From Lama glama (lineage: Eukaryota): a DNA stretch of 64,000 nt. Every line of letters begins with the position of its first letter. The first letter of the stretch is position 1. Below the pieces are notes generated by a model. That model had not been told where the DNA came from. It was given only the letters and a program-made list of their open reading frames with translations, and searched no databases. The stretch spans positions 71,364,001 to 71,428,000 of the forward strand of contig CM052816.1 of assembly GCA_028534125.1 (NCBI GenBank). The letters are read 5' to 3'. The translations under genes were made by a program, and so were the position numbers. Positions 12,241-24,460 of the stretch are shown piece by piece.

Positions 12241-14370
12241 CAGAACGATTAAGGAAGGGATGATAAGTGATTTTTCTTGTGTTTTTTATACTTCTCTATA
12301 TTTTCTGACTTTTGTACAATAAGTCTGTATTACTTAACTAGTCATAAAATGTGTATGTTTTAAATAATAATTCAAATAATTGATGAAGAATATGAAAAAC
12401 ATCAGGAGAATTACTAATGGATCTATTAACCACATCTTAGTTGTGTGTTTTTCTCAAAACGACTGACGTGTATAAGGACCCCAGCTAACCCACCTAGAAG
12501 ATGGTATGGCTATTCCCTCTTCTTACTTTGCAGGCTGAGTAATTCGTTGAAACTCAGCCATACTCCCACTTCTTCCTTGACACCTCTGTTGAAACTGTCC
12601 GTGTTCTATCACAGAGGGTGAGCAATTTGCAGCTCACATTTAAGTTTCAAGGACGTGATAGGCAACAGTCATGTTTGATATCTTACTTGTTCTCTTATCA
12701 CCAAAACCCAGGACATAATGAATACTCATTTGCATTGTATTCCATTGTATTGATCTGTATTGACACCTCATGGATGGCATTTTTTAAGACTGTATTATTT
12801 TGCTGGAAATGAATTGTCTGATCATGAGGTGTGATTATCATGATATTAAAAAAATCTACTAGATAAAATACTAAAAATTTGTATGCCTATTTTTATGATC
12901 CATGTCACTGCTTCCATCCTTTAGTAATTCATTCAATTTATTGCAAAATTTCTTTCAAGGATAGGAAAATTTCTATGAACTTAATTTTTTAAAGGAGATA
13001 AAAATTTATTAAAAAAAAACTTCCACATATTATCACACTGATTTCTCTTTATAGGGTTCACAAAGCAGAGTCCCCGGGAATAAGTATACAGCTGTCCTCT
13101 CCTGGTGTGGAGGGGATGAGTATGACAGCAAGCAGCTTCTTTAAATGGACAGGACTTTCTTGGAAAAAGATTGATTCGAAATGTTCAAACAGGGTTTCAA
13201 TATCAGATACAAGTCTTGTCTGGACAAGCGGACCTCTGTGTAGACCTCTAGTAAGCTAAGACTTACCATGAGTCATGCTTCTATTCTATGCTTCTCAAAT
13301 TAAAGCAAGGCAGGTCTTGACTGCTCTTCTGGTGCCTGAGAGGGAATTGTGATTTGTGGCTGATCTGGGGTCAGCTCCCCATCTATTTTATCCTAGGGAA
13401 TATTTCAAAGTTTTAGTGTAAAATGCAACTTAGTATCAGTATGAGTTAAAACTGGAGATACAGTTTTTTTACCAAAATGTTAACTTAGAGACATGATTTG
13501 CTAAGTAATTAATAAGTTATGTTTATTTCCCACCAACTGCTTTTTTTTTCCTTGGTGGAAGTCACAGGATACAGAGAGATGTATGTTTATGTAAAAACTT
13601 TCAAACAATAAAACATCATGCAAATTTAAGATATTATTATTATTAGTGCATATTGTTATCAAAGCAACTGCACTGAGTCTCTGCCTAGATCTATGATGTA
13701 GCTATTTTATTTCTAAGGTTTGTGCCACCTGGGACTCCACCAGGTAAACAGGGCAGGTCTCTGCTCTTGCTCACCACACCTTTCTGAGCTCCAGCCCCCT
13801 GCCCAGAGCCTCAACACTAGAATTGTCCACAAAACAGAGACTAGTTTTCCGGTGGATGGAGTGGTCTTATTCATGGCATCCTCCCTATGACTTAAATTTA
13901 AAATTTTGGAACCCAAAAGGCAGAAAGAGCTTTCCTTTCTTCCACTGTTTTCTTCTATCACATCCTTTTCCCAGAGAATACGTAATCCCTGCCTGCTGCC
14001 TAAATGGTGATGGAAAAAATCAAGAGAAGAAAAGAGAGCATGGGGGGAAGAACAACCTAAATTAGTATTCCAATAATAGTATCCTGTGGTGGTTGTAATA
14101 AAAACTCCAGGATACCATACGATGGAGAGAATTTTGCCTATTATTCTGGAGTTAAATGGATCTTTAGGGAGATTAAGGGTTGGGTAATAGCCTCATAAAT
14201 GGATACTCTAAGCCTATGTAAATTCTAACTCAAAGGAGGTCTTGATCTCTGTGTTTGTTGCTGGATCTTATCTAGAGGTTCTGTCCATTCCAGAGGGTTC
14301 CTAGAGGGTTTAGATTCAATTTAGATTCTCCAGAGTTTCTCAAAAATATTATCAAGAATAGCCCCTGTTA

Positions 14371-14673
14371 GCATATAATGACACTTTTACCTCTTCTTTT
14401 CCAATTTGGATCCCTTTTATTTCTTTCTCTTGCCTGATTGCTGTGGCTAGGACTTCCAGGACTATATTGAATACGAGTGGTGATAGTGGGCATCCTTGTC
14501 TTGTCCCAGATTTTAGTGGGAAGCTTTTGAGTTTTTCACCGTTGAGAACTATGCTGGCTATAGGTTTGTCATATATAGCTTTTATTATGTTGAGATATGT
14601 TCCCTCTATACCCACTTTGGCGAGAGTTTTTATCATAAATGGGTGTTGAATTTTATCAAATGCTTTTTCTGCA
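14371..14673 (-). mobile_element. L1 ORF2 reverse transcriptase domain fragment (inverted segment)
   Basis: Open frame [17 protein letters not shown]...[46 protein letters not shown], with canonical L1 RT motifs (AFD, QGCPLSP, start of YADD). Confidence 0.97.
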
Positions 14674-15173
14674 NNNNNNNNNNNNNNNNNNNNNNNNNNN
14701 NNNNNNNNNNNNNNNNNNNNNNNNNNNNNNNNNNNNNNNNNNNNNNNNNNNNNNNNNNNNNNNNNNNNNNNNNNNNNNNNNNNNNNNNNNNNNNNNNNNN
14801 NNNNNNNNNNNNNNNNNNNNNNNNNNNNNNNNNNNNNNNNNNNNNNNNNNNNNNNNNNNNNNNNNNNNNNNNNNNNNNNNNNNNNNNNNNNNNNNNNNNN
14901 NNNNNNNNNNNNNNNNNNNNNNNNNNNNNNNNNNNNNNNNNNNNNNNNNNNNNNNNNNNNNNNNNNNNNNNNNNNNNNNNNNNNNNNNNNNNNNNNNNNN
15001 NNNNNNNNNNNNNNNNNNNNNNNNNNNNNNNNNNNNNNNNNNNNNNNNNNNNNNNNNNNNNNNNNNNNNNNNNNNNNNNNNNNNNNNNNNNNNNNNNNNN
15101 NNNNNNNNNNNNNNNNNNNNNNNNNNNNNNNNNNNNNNNNNNNNNNNNNNNNNNNNNNNNNNNNNNNNNNNNN
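14674..15173. other. Assembly gap (500 N)
   Basis: Run of N. Confidence 1.
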
Positions 15174-15194
15174 AAAAAAAAAAAAAACTTCCTT

Positions 15195-15315
15195 ATGCCA
15201 AAATCCACCCCAGGCTACTAAGTACCATCAGAGTTTGCAGTGATGGAATCCAGGCATCAACATTTTTTAAGGTCCCCTAGTGATCCCAACATGCAGCCAA
15301 GGCTGACAAGTCCAG
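15195..15315. mobile_element. MER5-like hAT-Charlie fragment inside the transduced DNA
   Basis: ccaggcatcaacattttttaaggtcccctagtgatcccaacatgcagccaaggctgac resembles the MER5A/B end. Confidence 0.55.
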
Positions 15316-15357
15316 AAGTAAACAGACTAAAGTGCATCAAAACAGTGCCCGCTTTTC

Positions 15358-15494
15358 CTGGGTAATCTCATCTATTTCCACGTGGGGACACCGCACCTCA
15401 TATTCTGGCCGGACTTGTTCTTCCTGCTCAACTGTGTCCCATTTGTACTCAAGTTCTGCCTGGCGCCGGTTCCAGAACTCCAGAAGTAAGGTGA
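15358..15494 (-). pseudogene. ANO6: Transduced single-exon fragment of anoctamin-6 (TMEM16F), non-functional copy
   Basis: 137 nt reading (V)[45 protein letters not shown], versus recalled human ANO6 [48 protein letters not shown]. Polypyrimidine tract and AG acceptor are intact (ctcttctctctctctgttag); the donor reads CAG|GAAAAG rather than GT. Confidence 0.88.
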
Positions 15495-17389
15495 CTAACA
15501 GAGAGAGAGAAGAGCAGAATGTGGATCTTCAGTGATGACTGATGCTTCAGAAATCTGTACTTAATATTTATTACAATTAACACTTTGGTAAATGGTTAAT
15601 AAAATCACATTTTATTTACAGGCGAAAAAAAAAAAAAAAGAATAGCCCCTGTTAACATGATGCCAACTGGACATTGCAATATAACCAGAACCCTGTGCAT
15701 GACTGTGGGAATCCCATGGGAGAGACCATGACCCAGCAGAAGCATCCTGTAAAAACTGAAACTGTGCATATAACTAACTCACCTCCCTCCCTGTGCAGCA
15801 GACATCTGCCCTCCATATAATGATATCCTCATCCACAGCAGCTCCTGAAATATATCAGACTCTCAAGAGATGCTTATTGGATTGTTTTGGGAATAAACTT
15901 AATTTTTCATATCTTCCCTAAATCAAACCTTTACCCTCTGCACAGCTGTGCAGTAGTTTTTTTCTAGTGGTCTTTCTACAGTAATTTAGCTTTGAAACCT
16001 TTGTGCTGTTGGATTTTAGTGGCACGGTCAACCAGTATGAGTCTGCTGGTTCATATGCTAAGATGTTTTCTGATTCCTGCAGGGGAGTAAAATGATTCCC
16101 TGAACATAGAATTGTGCTATTATTCCAACTCCCTTTCCTTATTCTGAGAGCAGCTCAAATCTAGACATTAAAGGAAAGCCCCAAATTTCAAACACAAGAG
16201 TGACAAGAACTTCCATTTTCTTGACATTCTCCTGGGGGAATAGTGGCTGTTATTAGGTTGGATTTGACAGCATTGATTGATTGTCAATTTGATTTAAGAG
16301 CACAATGCCCCCCTCCTTTCATTTTATTCTTGCCAAGGACCCTTTAAGATTTGACTAAATTTTTTAATGCAGCCTTTATCTCACCCACCCCCACACATCC
16401 CTCCTTCCTATTACAGAGTTGGAAAGGGGATAGTTTAATAATATGCCAGTTTGAGTGGAAGCCAATTTTTATTTTCTTTTTCCTGTGCTTTGTTGTTGGC
16501 CAGCCTTTAAAAACTTCTTTTTCTGTATCTCTATCAAATAGAAGCCAAATCAATCTCCTTCTGACTTAAATTATTTTCTGCAATACCTCTGCCTCATCCC
16601 AGCCCCTAGTGAAGTTCTAATCCCTAGTCCATATTTGTCTGGAGTCCAGCAGCTTTCTAGTTAGATGAAAGTAGCCAAGAACCAAGGGGACTCTCCAGAA
16701 GCCATTGAATCCAATCTAGGGTAGACAGAAAATCTCAATTCTAGACATTTTTTAAAATTATTTAAAATTTCAGGAAGATCCTCCACTGTTCTTCAAAGTT
16801 ATGTTCTGGAGTACTATGTTCCTCCTTTTCTTTTCTTTTAAAATTTTCAAACCTACAAAGAAAAAGAAAGTGTGCGATGAATACTGTATACCCTTCACCT
16901 GGATTCACCTTTTGTTAACATCGTGCTGTATTTTCTGTCTCTCATGTTCATTCTTTCTCACAATGTATAAATTCTCTCTCTCTTTCTCTTTCATCTATCT
17001 ATCACCATCATCTACCCATCTGTTTGTCCATTCTGGTGAGCAGTTTGAAAAGTCATTGCAAACAGCATAATACTGTACTTCAGGAAGATTCCTACAAAAA
17101 AACTGTAGACATGTAAGTTGTTTCTCCAGTGCCTGACAAACGTATTAAAAGGCAAACAAAAAACCTCACATATCAATAGGTTTATATATGAAAAAAGGTA
17201 TTTTCACTTGGTGAATCATTTGTGTGTGTAGAGAAATAGTCTGTCTCTATTGATTTGGGAGCGTACAGAAATAAGTAACACTTGCATGAGAGATATACAT
17301 GCATATAAAAAGGTATTTGACTTGTGAATAAAGCATACATAAAAGTTAAAAAGGCAAAGGCACTCAAGAAATGCATTCCTGAGTTTTAA

Positions 17390-17880
17390 AATGCATCCCT
17401 GGCCAATTGGTTCTGAACCCAAGAGAACTGAGCCCGAGTTGAGCTGGCACTTGGCCATGACATGAAGAAAACTAGGGCTCTGATGAATCGTGACATGGCG
17501 GCACTTGCGGTCTCCTGAGGGACTGCCATTCACTGCCTTTCCCTCCCGAGGTAATAGGCTTTGCATTAAGTTATATTCTCTGCCCTGATCTCCCGTCCTG
17601 GAGAAATGTAGTTGAAGCACGCCGCAGCACAGGAGGCAGAGAGGCAGCCAAAGCGCGCCTGCTGTCTGAGAGAGGCGTGTGCAAGGGGGACCGGACCTGG
17701 CTGTCAGAGAGACAGCCTCCGCCCTCTGCGAGTGAAAGAATGTCTTTCCTTTCGGAGAGTCTGCTGGTAGCACAGTTCTTTTTGCAACAACGAACGTGTA
17801 GCTAGAACTACTTAACCCCCAGAGCAGCCTGGGTCTCCCAGGCTCTCAGGATCTGGAGCGATCGCCCCAAGAGTAACTGA
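17390..17880. promoter_or_regulatory. CpG-retaining candidate promoter/enhancer
   Basis: About 19 CpG in ~440 bp within a CpG-poor window; CCAAT at 17403; YY1-like ACATGGCGGC at 17493-17502; plus-strand donor-like GAG|GTAATA at 17551. Confidence 0.4.
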
Positions 17881-18454
17881 GAAGCCAGGGAAATGGAAAA
17901 AAAATAGCAAAGCAAATGTAGGGCAGATCTGCACCAGGATCACGACTTAGAGAGGTCAAGTGTGTGTCTGACCTGATGAAGCTGACAAGCACGATCTCAA
18001 TGACAGCTTGAGCTTCTATCTAAACCAGCGGGGCTTCCTAGTCACCTCCTCAGGGAACTCCCCTGACTCACAAGGTAAACTTTGAAAAGGATGGCTAGGA
18101 ACGTATTTGATAGAGAGAGAAAGATGCAGGAGGAGCCGGTCATCCTAGACATCATCTTCTTACAGATGCACCAAGGGGGTCCCTGGTCCGCAGTCTGTGT
18201 AACAGTGTGCTTAGTTATTATTCTCTCTCTCTCTACTCCAACCCTTGTGTTGCTCAATTAAAAGTAAACTAAAAGGAAGATGCAAATTTCATATAGTATC
18301 AGAATCTCAAAAACAAAAGCACACACACTGACACTGTATCCTTTTGCTATATTTTATAGCAATTTTTAATAATTTTAATAGCTCAGTTAAGCCACCAGCA
18401 CAGAACTTCACAGATGGTAAATATTTCTTTTTTCAGTGAGTTCAAATATGTCAC

Positions 18455-18485
18455 CATCATCATCATCATCATCATCACCATCATC
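18455..18485. repeat. (CAT)n microsatellite
   Basis: catcatcat... run. Confidence 0.9.
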
Positions 18486-21400
18486 CACCACAACAAATGT
18501 CATTATGTATAGTCCCTGGCTTGAATGGACTTAAAGTATATTGTGATACACATTTACATATACTCAGATGTAGATAAATATGTGTGAAAAAAACAACACA
18601 TTAAATTTTAATGATTAGATTATTTGCCTGTCCCTCTCTTACTTGTGCTCCAAAAGGCAATTTCCGAAAGGGCAGGTGTGGTGTCTTGTTCACATTTATT
18701 CATTGTACAATGTCAATTCTATTAGGTCCCAAATAAAGGGTTGTTTTTGTTTTTTTTTTTAAGAATGAAATCTAGTACAGCTATTGAATGAGTATTATCA
18801 AACAAAACATTGCATTGGAACTCAAAAAAGAAAGACATTCTTTCTGAATGCAAAAGTTTGGGAAAGACTTCACCAAGAAATCATAGACCTTAAACCAGAA
18901 AGAAAGAGAAAACCTAAAAAATATGCCACACAAAGTTTCTCCTGGATGAACATCTCAACAGATTGGGATGGATGATTTGGAAGTTTCAAAAGATTGATCT
19001 TTTGATAACACATGAACAGTTTTGTTTGGGGTTTCAGTGTAGCTGAAGAGAAGTTCTTGAGAGAGAGAGAAAATATATAGATATAAATATATATATTAGA
19101 ACAATGTTTTAGGAATTCAAATTGAAAGTCACTCTGCAGAACAGATTTAGTAGAGGAGATAACGGAGGCCAGAAACTTACAGATACAAATTAAGAAATAA
19201 TGAAGTGCTATGGAAAGAAAAGGAAGGAACACGAAGAAGGATTTAGCAGCAGATAAAGTAATAGCATTTAGTGGGGGACTCCCTTTAAGGAGCAAGACAG
19301 AAAAAGTAGTCAAAGATACCCAGAGCCTGAAGACACTGAAGTCTGGTGATAACATTCAGGAAGTCTGGTGATAACAGGAAGCCCTGTGGGAAAACGGAGT
19401 AGGGCAAGATGGCCCTGGGCTAAAGAACATAAACTTGAGTTGCTTTTGCCAAACTGTTCACTAGAAAATAAAGGATTCAGGACTATTCGACATGGAAGTC
19501 AAGGCTGGAATGCAGTTCTTGGAATCACGTATACAGAGTTGCTGATCACGCTTCTCTGATGGCATCTCTTTGTCACAGGCTGCTTCCCCCTTCTCTCCTT
19601 CACACTATCGTACTTGTAATGGTCTCCGTTAGCAGCCTGATGGCTCACAAGGCTCCCAATGATGAGAAAACCTAGTTTCTTCCACAGATCTGCCTGCCTG
19701 GTCTGAAATGTGCAGCTAGAACTTTAAACGGACCTTCACAGCTTCTCCCGCTGCCCTCTCGTGCTCATATATCTTGTCATTTTAATAAACATATCCCTGG
19801 GGAAGCTTTTCCCAACACGTACCTCTACGCTTAGGAATGTGTGCTTGTGTCCCTTGTCACCTTCATGTATTTAAGTTTAAACCTCACCGCTTTGGCCAGT
19901 CTCCTTTCCCAATATGGCATTTGGTCTTATGGATATTTTCTTGTTTAACTGAAAAGAAGGAAGGAAGTTTTTTTTTTCTTTTTCCCCCATGTATCGCTTG
20001 CTCCTTTTGCTATTATATGTCCATTTCAAGAGAGGGAAGTGAATCAGAATACCTGTTGAACTATGTTTAAACAGAAGATTTACTTCATTTTATTTTCAGT
20101 TACCTAGAGGATATTAAATGTTGGCATAAAACTGAGGTGTGAGAGGAAATTCTAGACTGTCCTTCATCAGTTCTGGTATTAAGAAACTGGTCTCCCTTGA
20201 GAACTGAAAAAGAGGATCCAAAGCCTTTTTAAATATCCAACTGTATGAAACAGTCTGAGTCCTCCTTGTTGACATCTGAACAAATGGATGTATAACAGAA
20301 GAGCTGAATTTCCTTGGGACTTGTGCCATGTAGAAAGCGCTGGAAAACTATCACAGCTATTTTTGTGGCACCAAGATTTCTCTTCTGTATCGTATTCCTG
20401 GTCATATGTGATTTTTGGAGCAGAACGTATCTATCGCTGGGTTCTGGAAAAACAGTCTCTGTTTCCATATGCAAATGTTCATAGCATCACATCTTCAGGA
20501 TCTATTATTGAAAACCTAAAAGGGTTAAAATATATTTTGGGTGAGTTGTAAATCCTTTCATACACTTTTTGAGAGGTCAAATAAAATTTGTAATCATGAA
20601 TGTGTTCTTTGAAAACTTGAAACTATTATCCTCTACTTAGATCAAGTTGAAACTTAAGAATCCAAAGGAAGCAGAAAGTTTTATAGTAAAAGCCTGATAA
20701 ATAAGACAATGAGAGAATCAGCTGTTAGGATCAAAAAAAATCACCAGCACTTTAATTAAATTTTTTTCATAGAGCAAGGTTATTATTTTCCCCGAGGACC
20801 TGCCTTTTCCACTATTTCATTTTACCTCCATGGTTTCCTATTCATGTTAAATGGAAGAACACTATAGCCCTTATTTTTCTTTGGCAAAGACTGCTTATTC
20901 TTTAATAAGGACAGGTAGTGGTTTCTTTGTGGAGCTAATTGATTTTCTTGCTGTGCACATAGACTCTCGGAGCTAAAGTAATGAGTTTTAGATAAGTAAT
21001 GCAAGTTTCTTAACTTCATGAAAGTTTCTTTCAAAAGATGATGGTATTTAATCTATCAGAGAGCCAGTAAAGAAATTATTTTGCTCAATAAAATATTGCA
21101 AAATAAGCTTTTATTTGTAAGTCTGTTGTTTAAAACTCAAACGCACTTCCTGCAAGATATAGAAGTAGTTCATAGTTGCACGTGAATGGACTCCATAATG
21201 AAACTGACAAATACATTACTACTCTTCATCTTAGTTTTGGATCCTGGAAAAAAAAAAAAAGACTCATGTTCCAGAAAACAAAAACCATATGTGGTAGTTA
21301 CAGTGAGTAAAATGAAGCTTAGAAATGTTAACTTGTCCAAGATCTTGCAACTAGTGAATTTTGGAGTGTGTAGAGGCAGAAGGAGAAGTAGCGACTGGAT

Positions 21401-21682
21401 TCACCAAGGAGCACAGGTTGCAAAGGAATAATGGATTTTGAACAAAGCTGGAAGGAAAATCATCTGGAAGTTGTTCTGGACCAGAGAAAGATATTAATAC
21501 AATATATTGAGACTAAGAATATCTTTTTCATCAACCTTAGAAATCAGGCTTAACAGCAAGTTATATTAAAAATGTGTAATAAATGCAATAAATTCTCAAA
21601 AGAGAAAGAGTTGCTACTAGTGAGAATGTTTAACACAAATGCCTTTTAGGCTTTGAGAACAACACCTGCCCACCCCAACAGC

Positions 21683-21723
21683 AAAAATAAAATAAAATAA
21701 GATACAATAAAATAAAATAAATA
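21683..21723. repeat. (AAAAT)n repeat
   Basis: Imperfect pentamer run. Confidence 0.85.
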
Positions 21724-22895
21724 ATTGGGACTAAATAAGCATCCATTGAATGAATTTGCTACAAAAGTATTTTCCTTAATTGCAACTTTACAAAAATATC
21801 TTGTTTAATTGCAACATCAGTAAAGATAATTGTACAGATAGATATCCTAGATAATTATTTGAAGAAGACTCCTTTGACTACCTAAGTCCTAATATGTTTG
21901 CCACAAGTTTATTACTTTATGCATGTAGAACTTACACTTCTTAGAAGTACCATATAATTTTAATGCTAATTAAGATTTTTTTCAGATTGCTGTTAAAATA
22001 ATTTTATATTTCCAGTTCACACTACAGCTACATGTAGAAGGAAAAAAGCCTCAGAAACTTTGGGATATCATAGACCTTAACACAAAATGTATATAATATA
22101 TTGTAAAGAAATCATGATGGATAGTACTTAAAATTGATATATAACTAATGTAGAGCTAATTGTTGTTTTCTGATGAGCATCACCCATAAATTCAGGGCAT
22201 GACCAATTTCATGGCTTTATATATAAAAATTTTGGGAAAAAAATCTATTTATATTTCCTGACATTTTTGTTGGCTGGCGAAATTGTTCCAACTGAAATTA
22301 GATAATTTTACTTTAGCTTACGAAACATGCTTGGGTACCATCATTGTATGTATTTTCTTTCTAACTGGGTGCTTGGGAGTTCAGTCCACACATTTCTTGA
22401 ACTTCATAGTTCCATGTTCAAAGCTTTAAAGAGGGAATGCTTTTTCATTATAAACAACCAGCATGTCATATATCATTTATGGGGGTCCTAAAGGCTGAGA
22501 GACTATTACCTATACTGTGGTTCCAGTATACAAAAGACTACATATAGCTCTTGTAGCTTTCTGGTTGCCAATAAGTCTCTCTGCTTCTTATTCCAAGCCC
22601 TGACTGCACAGGAGGAAGCATCCAAGTATCCTCAAGTATTACACTTATCTCCTACTGAGAAAATACTCTATTCTACTACTTGTGATGAGAGTAGTTAATC
22701 GTGAAATAAAGTGAGGTTTCTATATAAATAAAAATGACAGTTCAGTACAGAGAACAGAAGCAAATCAAGACACTGGTTCTGGGTGCTTTTCCAAAAAAGA
22801 ACTACATCCTCAGAATAGTACTCTAATATAATTATTTGAGGTCAAAAACATTACCTTCTTCATGGATTATTTTTGTCATCTTTCTTAAGTACACC

Positions 22896-23235
22896 TGTGG
22901 TAGGCAAAATATGGCGCCCCCTCCCAACCAGACATGTGCCACCTACCCCTGGAACCTGTTAATGTAATTAGATAGCACTTCTGTGATTATGCCATAGTAT
23001 TTAGCCCGTTTGACTTAATAGGGAAATTCTCTGTGTGGACCTGACCTAACCATATATGCCCTTTCAAAAAGCAGAAGAGAAAGATAGCAAAGAAAGGAGG
23101 AAAGATCTCGAGCATGAGAAAGACTCAACATGCTGTTGCTGGCTTTGAAGCTGGAGTGAGCCAGGTGGAAAGGAATATGAGCAGCCTCCTGGGGAGAGGC
23201 TTCTCCTAGTAGCCAGAATGGAACCGAGGACTCTT
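22896..23235 (+). mobile_element. ERVL-MaLR LTR (MLT1D/E-like), 3'-truncated
   Basis: tgtggtaggcaaaatatggc...cctggaacctgttaatgt...tgttgctggctttgaag...aaggaatatgagcagcctc. Confidence 0.75.
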
Positions 23236-23239
23236 GAGA

Positions 23240-24460
23240 GTAGAAGATCTATTCAAGAGGTGTTGTGGAGACAATCACCTGTCCATGGGGTATAAAAAAT
23301 TAAATTAGGTCCCTAGTTCCCAGCACGCACCTAAGTGAATTCCAGAAATATTGAAAACCTGAATAACAAACAAAACTTTAAACTCTTAGAAGGAAAAGTA
23401 GGACAATGTTTTATTATTTAATAGGATAGATTTCTCAAAGAAAGAATAAACTAGAATAAAGTAAAAGCTGATATTTAAAAGTTTGGTGTCATAAAGACAC
23501 CACAACTGAAGCTTAAAACCAAGGATGTCAAAATATATTTGACACATATATAAAGTACAAATACAATTTCCCCGAATAAATAACTCCTACTAATCGAAAT
23601 GGAAAAGATACGGTCGATGCAGTAAATAGGAACTTGGTCAAAGCAAAAGAACACAAACGAACAGAAGAAGACCTCATGGCCAAAAAACAGGGAAAGATAA
23701 CTGACCTCATCGGCGCTCACAAAAATGCAAGTTGAAACAACTAATTGTATCACGCTTGCAACCAACAGAGTTGCAGAAATTAAAAGGCTGAAAATGTTAA
23801 AAATGGATGAGTAGGCAGTGTGTGTGTGTTATGGAGGGAGAAGGGTGGATTTCGAGTTCTCATTCACTGATGATGGAGTTAAACATCGGTACAAAGATTT
23901 TAAGATGAATTCTGCAATATTTCAGAAGGTTGAGTTACATGAGCCTAACAACTCCACCTCTAGGCATACTCCCCAGTTGACCTCTAGCACAGGCCACAGG
24001 GACAGCTGCAGAAGATGTTCTGTGCAGAGTTTTTGCATGAGGAAAAACCTGAAAATTACCTAAATACTTATTGATAGGCTAAGAAATAAATAAAATATGT
24101 TACATCAGGTTCAGAAATACTATGTTAGAATGACTTAATCAGATTTTAGTGATTAAACATGAAAAGATTTTAAAACAATAAAATACAGTGTGACATCAAT
24201 ATCTAGTCACAAAATATTCCCCATTCTATTTATGAGTACTTTTACATAAAACTTTGGCTTTGAATTGATGCCAAACAAATTCAAGATTATGACTGCCTCT
24301 TGGGATGGAAGGAATATTTAAGCCTCAGAAAGATGAAAGTCATTTAGTTACAATGTAATGGTTTATTTCTTTCTCATTTAAAAAGAAAGATTTAAAGCAA
24401 CTGTGACAAAAGTTCTCTTATTTGGCGTATTTGGAAGATGGATGTGTAAGAGAGTAACAC
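23240..24460 (+). mobile_element. Ancient L1M ORF2 3' end and 3'UTR
   Basis: aaactttaaactcttagaagg, aaaatgcaagttgaaacaac, caactccacctctaggcata motifs. Confidence 0.7.

Larger units (their letters stand above)
14354..15654 (+). mobile_element. Young LINE-1 insertion: 5'-inverted, with 3' transduction, flanked by 17-bp TSD
   Basis: Identical aagaatagcccctgtta at 14354-14370 and 15638-15654. Inverted ORF2 at 14371-14673; A14 at 15174-15187; AATAAA at 15598-15603; A-tail from 15625. Confidence 0.9.
14085..15980 (+). mobile_element. Old LTR-like element (possibly ERVL class) interrupted by the young L1
   Basis: Begins tgtggtggttg; ends with aataaac ~85 nt before ...tttctaca (TG...CA-like termini). 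Family not recognised with certainty. Confidence 0.3.

Noticed and set aside
14633..15280. Three long ORFs in the ORF track
   Set aside because: Artefacts of translating through the 500-N gap.
15340..15494. Window as part of the real ANO6 gene, or a processed ANO6 pseudogene
   Set aside because: No other anoctamin exon was found in 64 kb. The exon lies inside a TSD-bounded insert, keeps an intronic acceptor, lacks a GT donor and reaches a stop shortly after the exon end.
17216..17773. 185-aa minus-strand ORF
   Set aside because: Non-ATG start, no recognisable domain; length is explained by local GC richness.
18870..19355. 161-aa minus-strand ORF
   Set aside because: Antisense of purine-rich, probably L2-derived and microsatellite sequence; no homology recognised.
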